A stretch of 64,000 nt of DNA, taken from Verrucomicrobiota bacterium. GTDB lineage: Bacteria > Verrucomicrobiota > Verrucomicrobiia > Opitutales > Seribacteraceae. The stretch covers positions 1 through 64,000 of the forward strand of contig JAQBYT010000011.1 in the NCBI GenBank assembly GCA_027622665.1. The letters are read 5' to 3'. Position numbers and translations under genes: made by a program. Shown in pieces: positions 1 to 7,700 of this stretch. Every line of letters starts with the position of its first letter. The stretch's first letter is position 1. The notes below the pieces were generated by a model. It was given only the letters and a program-made list of their open reading frames with translations, did not search any database and was not told the DNA's origin.

Positions 1-839
1 CCGGGGTCTGTAAAGTTTCCGTCTCCAGGGTCTGTAAAGTTACCATCACCGGGATCGGTAAAGTTACCATCGCCGGGGTCAGTAAAGTTTCCGTCTCCGG
101 GATCTGTAAAGTTACCATCGCCGGGATCGGTGAAGTTCCCATCGCCGGGGTCTGTAAAGTTTCCGTCTCCGGGGTCTGTAAAGTTGCCATCTCCAGGATC
201 AGTAAAGTTGCCATCTCCGGTGTCTGTAAAGTTACCATCACCGGGATCGGTAAAGTTACCATCACCGGGGTCAGTAAAGTTTCCATCTCCGGGGTCTGTA
301 AAGTTTCCGTCTCCGGGGTCTGTAAAGTTGCCGTCGCCGGGATCAGTAAAGTTACCATCACCGGGGTCTGTGAAGTTACCATCACCGGGATCGGTGAAGT
401 TGCCATCGCCGGGATCTGTAAAGTTACCATCGCCGGGGTCAGTAAAGTTTCCGTCTCCGGGGTCTGTAAAGTTCCCATCACCGGGGTCAGTAAAGTTCCC
501 ATCACCGGGGTCTGTAAAGTTTCCGTCTCCGGGATCTGTAAAGTTACCATCGCCGGGATCGGTGAAGTTCCCATCGCCGGGGTCTGTAAAGTTGCCATCT
601 CCAGGGTCTGTAAAGTTACCATCGCCGGGGTCTGTAAAGTTGCCATCACCGGGGTCTGTGAAGTTACCATCACCAGGATCTGTAAAGTTGCCATCTCCGG
701 GATCGGTAAAGTTTCCATCACCGGGGTCTGTAAAGTTACCGTCTCCGGGGTCAGTAAAGTTACCGTCTCCGGGATCCGTGTAATTCCCATCACCAGTATC
801 GGTGTAGTTCCCATCCCCCGATTCAGTAAAGTTTCCATC
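1..839 (-). repeat. 24-bp coding tandem repeat, 35 units in window, encoding DGN[F/Y]TDPG
   Basis: Asp codons start at 839, 815, ... 23 (period 24). Differences between units are mostly synonymous. The first units are DGNFTESG, DGNYTDTG and DGNYTDPG, and there is one internal DTG variant near 220. Confidence 0.97.
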
Positions 840-2435
840 GACCGTGGCATAGTCACTTACATCGAAAAGATATGTGGAATCGGCCCCAATGGCGCTGACG
901 GCAAGAAAGTCGCCCGAATGAGATATACTGAACCCGAAATTGTCACTCCCCTCACCGTTGGGGGCAACAATTCGCTCGAGGTAGGTAAAAGATCCGTTGT
1001 CCTCAAGGCGATAGAGGTAGGCGGCGCCGGCGTTGGCAACGTTCCCGGGATCAGCGCTTTTGGCGCCTACGACGAGAAGATTCGCCGAGAGAGAGACGGA
1101 ACCTCCAAAATGGTCGTTTGCCGCACCTCCACCGTGATTATTCTTCCAGAGGAAAGTTGCAGTACCGTTTTCCTCCAAACGGTATGTATAAACAGCTCCT
1201 TTGTCGGCAAGAACTCCGGAATCACCTCCAGAATCGGCATATTGGGCGCCGACGGCAAGAATGTTTCCCGATTGGGAGACGGAAATCCCGAATTGGTCCT
1301 CCGACGTGGCGTCGGGGGCGGTTACCTTGGTCAGGTAAGTGGCGCTGCCATTCTGCTCAAGCTTGTATAAATAAGCGGCGCCCGCTGCGGAAACGCCTCC
1401 GGGATCGGACTTGTGGGAACCGACGGCGAGAAGATTTCCCGATAGAGACAAGGAAGCGCCAAATAAATCGCTCGCCCCCCGGTCAGGAGCATAAACTTTG
1501 TCCAGAAAGGTGGCGGTGCCGTTCTGCTCGACACGATATAGATAGGCAGATCCGGAATCCGTTATGCCTCCCGGATCGGAAGTGTGAGCGCCTACGGCAA
1601 GGATATCACCCGATTGGGAAACGGATTTACCAAAATAATCCATCGGCCCACCGTCGGGAGCTATGACCTTGCTCAAATAGGTGGTGCTTCCGTTCTGCTC
1701 CACGCGATACAGGTAGACAGCTCCGGCATCGGAAAAGCCTCCGAGATCGGAACCAAAGGCACCAACTGCCAGAAGGTTTCCCGACTGGGAGATGGAAGAC
1801 CCCAAGAAGTCGTTGGCAGCAGCATCGGGAGCCGTCACCTTTGACAAGTAGGTAGCAGTGCCGTTCTGCTCAGCACGATAAAGATAGGCAGCTCCAACAC
1901 CGCCCGCTGCCCATGAAGCGCCTACGGCAAGAATATCGCCCGATTGGGAGACGGAACCCCCAAATTGCATGTTGGCCGTGCCGTCAGGAGCAGAAACCTG
2001 CGCCATAAAATGAGCAGACAAATTGACCGGGGTCAGGTTTTGGCTCGCGAGATAGCTGTCGATGGCATCCTGATTCGGTAAAACTTGTGGATCGACAATG
2101 TAGTACAACGCAGAAGACACCTCCCACTGCCCATCGAGAAACGTCGTTAGACTGAAACGAATTTCGTCTTGGCCACCGATTACTGCTACTTCCTCAAAAG
2201 TGTAATTACCCTCATAGAGGATATTTACGTTTTCCGCCATGAAGTTGATGTGGGTCGAGTTGAGCTCGAATACAGGAAGCTCGCCTCCGTCGCCCGACAA
2301 GTGCTCGGTTAGTGCAAAATTACTTAAGAGCAAAACGAACAGGAGATGCAACTTGATCCTACAGGAAAAAAACAGCGCCGACTTCGAAATCGTCCGAAAC
2401 ATATTCTTTAGAGAAGAAAAGAAAAATAAATGCAT
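1..2435 (-). CDS. Exported FG-GAP-repeat (beta-propeller) protein with a tandem DGNFTDPG sequon array; C-terminus lies beyond the left window edge
   Basis: Hand translation of the minus strand is open from ATG 2435 (alternative in-frame ATG 2402) to position 1. It shows a hydrophobic N-terminus (LHLLFVLLLSNFAL), seven blades like APDG..D.FG.SVSQSG.ILAVGA...GAAYLY, then the DGNFTDPG repeats. It is absent from the ORF track because there is no stop codon inside the window. Confidence 0.9.
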   Translation of the reverse strand, partial: MHLFFFSSLKNMFRTISKSALFFSCRIKLHLLFVLLLSNFALTEHLSGDGGELPVFELNSTHINFMAENVNILYEGNYTFEEVAVIGGQDEIRFSLTTFLDGQWEVSSALYYIVDPQVLPNQDAIDSYLASQNLTPVNLSAHFMAQVSAPDGTANMQFGGSVSQSGDILAVGASWAAGGVGAAYLYRAEQNGTATYLSKVTAPDAAANDFLGSSISQSGNLLAVGAFGSDLGGFSDAGAVYLYRVEQNGSTTYLSKVIAPDGGPMDYFGKSVSQSGDILAVGAHTSDPGGITDSGSAYLYRVEQNGTATFLDKVYAPDRGASDLFGASLSLSGNLLAVGSHKSDPGGVSAAGAAYLYKLEQNGSATYLTKVTAPDATSEDQFGISVSQSGNILAVGAQYADSGGDSGVLADKGAVYTYRLEENGTATFLWKNNHGGGAANDHFGGSVSLSANLLVVGAKSADPGNVANAGAAYLYRLEDNGSFTYLERIVAPNGEGSDNFGFSISHSGDFLAVSAIGADSTYLFDVSDYATVDGNFTESGDGNYTDTGDGNYTDPGDGNFTDPGDGNFTDPGDGNFTDPGDGNFTDPGDGNFTDPGDGNFTDPGDGNFTDPGDGNFTDPGDGNFTDPGDGNFTDPGDGNFTDPGDGNFTDPGDGNFTDPGDGNFTDPGDGNFTDPGDGNFTDPGDGNFTDPGDGNFTDPGDGNFTDPGDGNFTDPGDGNFTDPGDGNFTDPGDGNFTDTGDGNFTDPGDGNFTDPGDGNFTDPGDGNFTDPGDGNFTDPGDGNFTDPGDGNFTDPGDGNFTDPGDGNFTDP
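860..2010 (-). repeat. Seven FG-GAP-type repeats (~50-60 aa each)
   Basis: Recurrent FG(G/K/A/I/F)S(V/I/L)S.SG.(I/L)LAVG and GA(A/V)YLYR.E.NG motifs on the minus strand. Confidence 0.85.
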
Positions 2436-2659
2436 TATCTATAGGCGAATCACTTGATGAAAGTTGACAACATTACTATTAGCGAGAAAAGGGGAAATCT
2501 TGCATATTTTCAAAAGAAAAAACAAACCCGGAGACTGAATCACTCGCAAGCCGTTGACCGGAGGCAAGTTGGGAAAGTGTAAACATTTCACTTGCGAAGA
2601 AGATTATTGGAACAATAAAAAAGGGACACGGATGAACAGAATATGAGTGCCTGGTGGAC

Positions 2660-5600
2660 TTAACGTAAGACCCGATACACCTTGCCCCATGGCGAAAGGT
2701 AGACCGGAGCAAATAGTTCAGGGTCAAGGTTCTCCATAAGAAATCCTTGTACGAGCAAGGATTGGAATACCTCGTTGGCCATGAAGAACCATGCGGGGAT
2801 TACTTGGTAACCACGCGAGGGTATCTGGATAACCTCTCCCTCGGCGAGCATTTCGCCATCCTCTCGACCCGATGTTTGGGCCAAAGCCAAGGGATTGGCG
2901 CCGTGGCTGGCCGCGATTTGAGCGATGGTCTTGCCTCCGGCCGGGACAGTATAAGTTCGACCACCGAGGAAAGCCGGGAGGTTGCTTTGGATTAAGTGAT
3001 ACTTGGCGCCTTCCACGGGTTTGGGAGGGATTTTCATGAGTTTTCCGGTTTTTGCATCGTGCATGGAGCGATGGAAGGAAAATTTGACGGGTTTAGCCAA
3101 GCCGGGCAATTTGGCCAATCCGGTACCGACGTCAGCCTCGATCTTATAGCCACCACGCATGTTGAGTGTGATTTTGCTACCGGAGGAGGTAACCCAGTCG
3201 GCCTGTGTCATATAGGATTGGCGCTTGAGGTCGGCGGCGGATGCAAAGGAGGGATGGGAATAGGCCTCGGGATCGAAGCGGTCGAGGAGGAATCGCTTGG
3301 CCAAGGTGGAGCGATAGGCATCCGCGGACAAAATGATGAGATCGCGCTGCTCGGGAAGGTAGAGCAAGCGCTGGGGAGAAGACCTTTCGGGGTTTGATGG
3401 TATTCGCAATCCGTCGACTTCGAGGGCGTCGACGACCTTGGCGGGCTCTCCAGGGGCACCTACAATCGACATCGACCCATACGGGGCGACGCCCTTTTGG
3501 TCCTTCGTTCGCAACTTCCCTCGCCGATCGAGACGAAAACCGTTGGCGAAAACAAGGGAATTGCCCTCGCGGCGGGCGTTTCTCAGGATCGACATGGCTT
3601 TGGGCACACGCCCCCCGGGGTATTCACCCAGTTGCTTGTCCATGAACAAGTTTCTAGAACTGAAGCCAATGATGGTGGGAAAGATGCGCATGATTTCGTA
3701 GGGGAAGAAGAGATAGACTTCCCTCGACTTGGTGGGTGGAATATAGTCGGGACTAGCAAGATCGGCCAAGAGTCCCGGATAAAAGCGCAAGTCGGGTGAC
3801 CCGTCCTGAAAGAGAGCTTGAACGGCTGTTGTGTATTCGGATGAGTGTGCCTTGGTGTCGTCGTGAAGGTCCATGTAGGTCTCCGCCTTCAATCGACAAA
3901 GGTTGGCCGCTTTCAGCTGAGAGGTGGAACGCAGGATTTCAGAGGTGAGGAAATTGTCCAAAGTCTGGTGAGCGGGGGAGGTGAAGGTGCGGGCGCCCCC
4001 GTAAAACCAACTGCCTGAACCATAGTCCCACCAAGTAAGGACGAAATCGTCGGGCGCAGCGTCACGATTGAGGGCTTCCAATGCCTCGATGGTCTTACCG
4101 GGATAGACGACGTGTGAATTGTAATTGCGAGCGTGCTGTAAGTTGGGACGAACCAGAAAAACGACGAAACCGCCTACTATGGCCATGGAGAGGATTTTTG
4201 CAGGCCAAGCCGAGGCGGTAAGAAGACTGCTCTTGGGCAAACCCGACAGAGCGGCCCGGACAAGGAACCAGACCACTGCCATAAGGAGAAAAGTAACGCC
4301 CAAGGCGGCGTAGTTGCCAACATGCACGGTGAAGCGAAGACCGACTTTGCCCTCGAAACAATAATAGGCGATGGCGAGGAAGGGGACGGCCATGCAAAAC
4401 TCCCATCTCCAAAAGATAAGGAGTCCCAAACCGAACAGACCGAAGAAGGCAGTGGGAAGAATGGTGGCGTCTTTTCGCTTGGATGCGGGAAGACATCTGG
4501 CGCAAGAACAGGATGGGGTATCGGCGAGAATGCGGTTACGGACAGTCTCGGGAGGAATTTTTCCGGCTTCCCGAATGGTTTGCTTAACGTTGCGGAAATT
4601 CAGTTGGTAATTGGAAGATACCGAAGAAGCGGAAGACACTTTCCCAGGTCCTTGAAGGTAGCTTTCCAGCTTCCCCGTAATTTTTCCGTAAACGCCCCCG
4701 TAAATACCAACGAGCAAGAGGGCGACAGATGCGAATACGACCAAATATTGCGAACGGCGAACGGTGAACGAAGGGGATCGTCGGTCCTGCTCTTTGGCTG
4801 AACTTTTGCCAAGAGACCGGGAGTTAATCTCTGTTTGCGGAACGGTCTCCATAAAACGAAAAACAACAAAAAGAACAGGCAGAAGCAGCAAACCCAACCA
4901 AAAGCGTGTGGGACTCGCCTCGATCATACTGCCTAGGGACCACGCCTCGGCATACATTACCCAAGACAACAGAATGGCGGTTTGACAAGCGAAGCTCAGG
5001 GATGGTGAACGCCCAAAGCTCTTACCCTTTCGATCGATGAGATATTCCAAGACCGACAAGCCGAAACGGTAACCGATGAAAGCTAAGCACATGGTACAGG
5101 TAATGGCCTGACCGGAACCATAAATAAACCTGAATAGATAAAGAGTAACGGCACCTGCCAAAGCAAATTTAAGAGACTCTCTTCTAGAGGCCGCCAGCAG
5201 GAAGAATATCGCTAGAGCCGGCACCGTGATGGAAAACATATCGGTGTCGTAATAACCCGCCAGAGTACGGTTGTAATAACTGTGGGTTACGCCGGCAAGG
5301 CAGGCGGCAAAAAAGCCCCAGAGGGTGGAACCGTATAGGCGACCGATAAGCACGATCGGAATGCAAACGAAACCGGCTACCCACACCGGCAACCACAGCA
5401 GCAATTGCTCAATGGTGAGTGAGGGGAAGAGCTTAAGCAAAGCATAGGGCAAAGCCGTGATTGCTCCCGAGAAAATAGCGGACGGGAGGAGGTTGTTGTT
5501 TTGATGCAAACCCAGATGAGCTTTTTGCAAGATGCTGCCGAAGTAGAAACTGTCGTGCGTGTTGGCCACGGCCACGCCGTCCTTGACCATTTGAGGACGA

Positions 5601-5920
5601 ATTAACTGGGTGTCCCCGTTCGCGTCGACATAAGTGGCCTGGGCAAACTCGATCCACTCCAGTCGTGCATAAAAACTAAGCAAATACGCAAGAAGGATTA
5701 AGATGATGGCGACCGACCAGTGAGTACGATCCTTAGGTAGCTCGATAAGACCGGGGAAAAAACCACGACCACGAACCATCTCGGCGAGGCCTTTGGCGCT
5801 GAAGAATTTCCCGAGCGATTTCCTGATGGACAGATTCAACTCTTCCGAATGCGAGATGGGTACCGCACCAGAATCGGAGGGTTGACCGGAATCATCAACG
5901 GGGTTTTCGTCTTCCTTCAT
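2660..5920 (-). CDS. pglB: Oligosaccharyltransferase, STT3/PglB family, with an extended C-terminus containing a LysM-like domain
   Basis: Multi-TM N-terminal half. Motifs THDSFY, SYYNRTLAGYYDTDM, TIRE, GLRFT, WWDYG (4019-4033) and IMRI, plus a C-terminal KVYRV, all in PglB order. Confidence 0.93.
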   Translation of the reverse strand: MKEDENPVDDSGQPSDSGAVPISHSEELNLSIRKSLGKFFSAKGLAEMVRGRGFFPGLIELPKDRTHWSVAIILILLAYLLSFYARLEWIEFAQATYVDANGDTQLIRPQMVKDGVAVANTHDSFYFGSILQKAHLGLHQNNNLLPSAIFSGAITALPYALLKLFPSLTIEQLLLWLPVWVAGFVCIPIVLIGRLYGSTLWGFFAACLAGVTHSYYNRTLAGYYDTDMFSITVPALAIFFLLAASRRESLKFALAGAVTLYLFRFIYGSGQAITCTMCLAFIGYRFGLSVLEYLIDRKGKSFGRSPSLSFACQTAILLSWVMYAEAWSLGSMIEASPTRFWLGLLLLPVLFVVFRFMETVPQTEINSRSLGKSSAKEQDRRSPSFTVRRSQYLVVFASVALLLVGIYGGVYGKITGKLESYLQGPGKVSSASSVSSNYQLNFRNVKQTIREAGKIPPETVRNRILADTPSCSCARCLPASKRKDATILPTAFFGLFGLGLLIFWRWEFCMAVPFLAIAYYCFEGKVGLRFTVHVGNYAALGVTFLLMAVVWFLVRAALSGLPKSSLLTASAWPAKILSMAIVGGFVVFLVRPNLQHARNYNSHVVYPGKTIEALEALNRDAAPDDFVLTWWDYGSGSWFYGGARTFTSPAHQTLDNFLTSEILRSTSQLKAANLCRLKAETYMDLHDDTKAHSSEYTTAVQALFQDGSPDLRFYPGLLADLASPDYIPPTKSREVYLFFPYEIMRIFPTIIGFSSRNLFMDKQLGEYPGGRVPKAMSILRNARREGNSLVFANGFRLDRRGKLRTKDQKGVAPYGSMSIVGAPGEPAKVVDALEVDGLRIPSNPERSSPQRLLYLPEQRDLIILSADAYRSTLAKRFLLDRFDPEAYSHPSFASAADLKRQSYMTQADWVTSSGSKITLNMRGGYKIEADVGTGLAKLPGLAKPVKFSFHRSMHDAKTGKLMKIPPKPVEGAKYHLIQSNLPAFLGGRTYTVPAGGKTIAQIAASHGANPLALAQTSGREDGEMLAEGEVIQIPSRGYQVIPAWFFMANEVFQSLLVQGFLMENLDPELFAPVYLSPWGKVYRVLR

Positions 5921-5978
5921 GCGTGCTATTCAGCAAAAAGGAAGAGAGTCTGGAGGAACTCGGTCCTAATTGCAAGAA

Positions 5979-7700
5979 TCAGCGAAACTTTAGCTGAAGG
6001 GTTTTCAGGCTCTTGCCGAGGCTTGCCAGAAGGTCGGTGGTCTTGGGGGCGTCAAACGAGTTGCCCAGGGGAGTACGGGTGCCCATGCGGATGCGAGCCC
6101 CGAGGTTTTGTATATGGAAGGCGTAGTCGTTGTTTACCATAATGCCCAAAACTTCACCGCTCTTGGCAAAGACGAGGTCACCTTTGCCCGGATCGAACTT
6201 CCCGGTAATGAAGGTAAAGCGGTTGTGTTTCACGCGAATGTAACGGCCGTCGACGCCATCGCGGATAAAATCGGTTTGCCCAAAGTTCGAGTGACCGACG
6301 TCTACAACCACGGCTTCCGAAAACATGTGCGGATCCTTTGGGGTGCGAAAAAGCTTAACGTCGTTCTTTTCCTCCAGTTCGCGAGGGTTGACGTAGACGG
6401 GAACAATCAGCATGCGGGGATCGTCCATGAAGGCGACTTCGTTAACGAGGATAGGTGTCTTGATACCTTTTCCGGTGATAGTTCCACTGACCTCGATGAG
6501 CTTGCGGTGAAAAGGCTCGAGACGGAAAGGACTGTCTTTGGCATGAACTAAAGTATAGGCAAAGGTTCCATCGACGAGGATAATGGTTTCAGTTTCGTAA
6601 GTGTCCACCTTTTCGGCTCCGAGAAAGCCACCCTTGTGACGAAAAGTCATGGTGAGCTTTACTTTGTTTGCCGCATAATTCGAATAAATTTCGTTGAGTG
6701 ACTTGGCTTGACGCTCGCTGATCTGGTTTAGTGCTTCCTTTTGCTCGGCTACTGCCTCGGTGGTGGTTTCGGCGATATTGGCCACTTGCTGGGTGACGCG
6801 CTGAACCTTATCCCCTACCCCCGCCACTTCCTCACTGACGTTGGTGACGGTAGCTTTTACCCCGGCGACCTCTTGACTCACATTGGAAACGGAAGCCTTC
6901 ACACCGGCCACCTCATCGGTGACGGTGCTGATCTTCTCCCCTACCCCGGCGAGGGAAGTCCCTACATTCTTTAGGCCGGTGCCCACATCCTTGAGACCGG
7001 AATTAAGGGCATCGATGCGCTCGTCGATTGCTGCAGTGGACTTAACTAGTTCGTCCCCTCGCTTTCGTTCGCTGGCAAGAGCCTCCTCAGCCTTTGCCGC
7101 GGCTTCAGTCTTGGCTTTGGCCTGCTCCTCGGCCTTGGCTAAATCGACCCTAGCCGTAGCCACTTCGGATTCGGTGCGCGCTTTTTGAGCAGTCAATTCT
7201 TCGGCCTGCTTCTTAGCATCTATGAGGTTTGATGCAAGTAGTTCGACTTCCTTTTGGGCCGCAGCGTTACGGGCAAGAAGTTCTTCGCGCTTACGCTCGA
7301 TATCTTCATTGGCCTGTTCTAGTTTGGCGGCAGCTTTTGCCGCTTCGTCAATCGCCACTTTGTTGTCGGAGATGACGTCGTCCTTTTGGGCAATTAAATT
7401 CTCCTTCTGCTCCAATTCTAGACGGCGTTCCTCGATTTCTTCCTCGAGACGAAGTTTTTCAGTCACAAGATCGTCTTTGTCTCGCAGAAGGTTCGCTTCG
7501 AGAGTTTCGTTGGTAGCCTCAAGTTCAGCCACGACGTCGTCGTAGTTTTCGCCGTCCGAAATTCTTTCCATTACCTCCTTGGAAACAACTTTTTCCTGAT
7601 TTCGAGCTATATCGGCATCCGCCGGCACATCGAAACGCGCCAAGGAGAGTATGCTCAGCAACAGAAAATCGCAGACAACAAGCAGTAAACTATGGTTCAT
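5979..7700 (-). CDS. Membrane-anchored coiled-coil protein: MotB/TolR/ExbD-like N-terminal TM with Asp, long coiled coil, degenerate trypsin-like C-terminal domain
   Basis: N-terminal LLLVVCDFLLLSIL; E/K/A-rich heptads; C-terminal DPGKGDLVFAKSGEVLGI resembles the trypsin-like PGNSGGPL...GEVIGI motif but lacks the Ser. Overlaps the upstream gene by 11 nt. Confidence 0.6.
   Translation of the reverse strand: MNHSLLLVVCDFLLLSILSLARFDVPADADIARNQEKVVSKEVMERISDGENYDDVVAELEATNETLEANLLRDKDDLVTEKLRLEEEIEERRLELEQKENLIAQKDDVISDNKVAIDEAAKAAAKLEQANEDIERKREELLARNAAAQKEVELLASNLIDAKKQAEELTAQKARTESEVATARVDLAKAEEQAKAKTEAAAKAEEALASERKRGDELVKSTAAIDERIDALNSGLKDVGTGLKNVGTSLAGVGEKISTVTDEVAGVKASVSNVSQEVAGVKATVTNVSEEVAGVGDKVQRVTQQVANIAETTTEAVAEQKEALNQISERQAKSLNEIYSNYAANKVKLTMTFRHKGGFLGAEKVDTYETETIILVDGTFAYTLVHAKDSPFRLEPFHRKLIEVSGTITGKGIKTPILVNEVAFMDDPRMLIVPVYVNPRELEEKNDVKLFRTPKDPHMFSEAVVVDVGHSNFGQTDFIRDGVDGRYIRVKHNRFTFITGKFDPGKGDLVFAKSGEVLGIMVNNDYAFHIQNLGARIRMGTRTPLGNSFDAPKTTDLLASLGKSLKTLQLKFR

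Noticed and set aside
130..783. Plus-strand 217-aa ORF (KFPSPGSV repeats) in the ORF track
   Set aside because: Shadow of the real minus-strand gene. The minus frame is continuous with the FG-GAP domain and signal region, and variation such as L/F in the plus frame is synonymous in the minus frame.
1..839. CRISPR array
   Set aside because: Units are directly adjacent with no unique spacers, vary at codon third positions, and no cas genes are present.
1..839. Ice-nucleation protein octapeptide repeat
   Set aside because: The period is 8 aa, but there is no AGYGSTxT or TxT ladder, and nearly every unit contains Pro.
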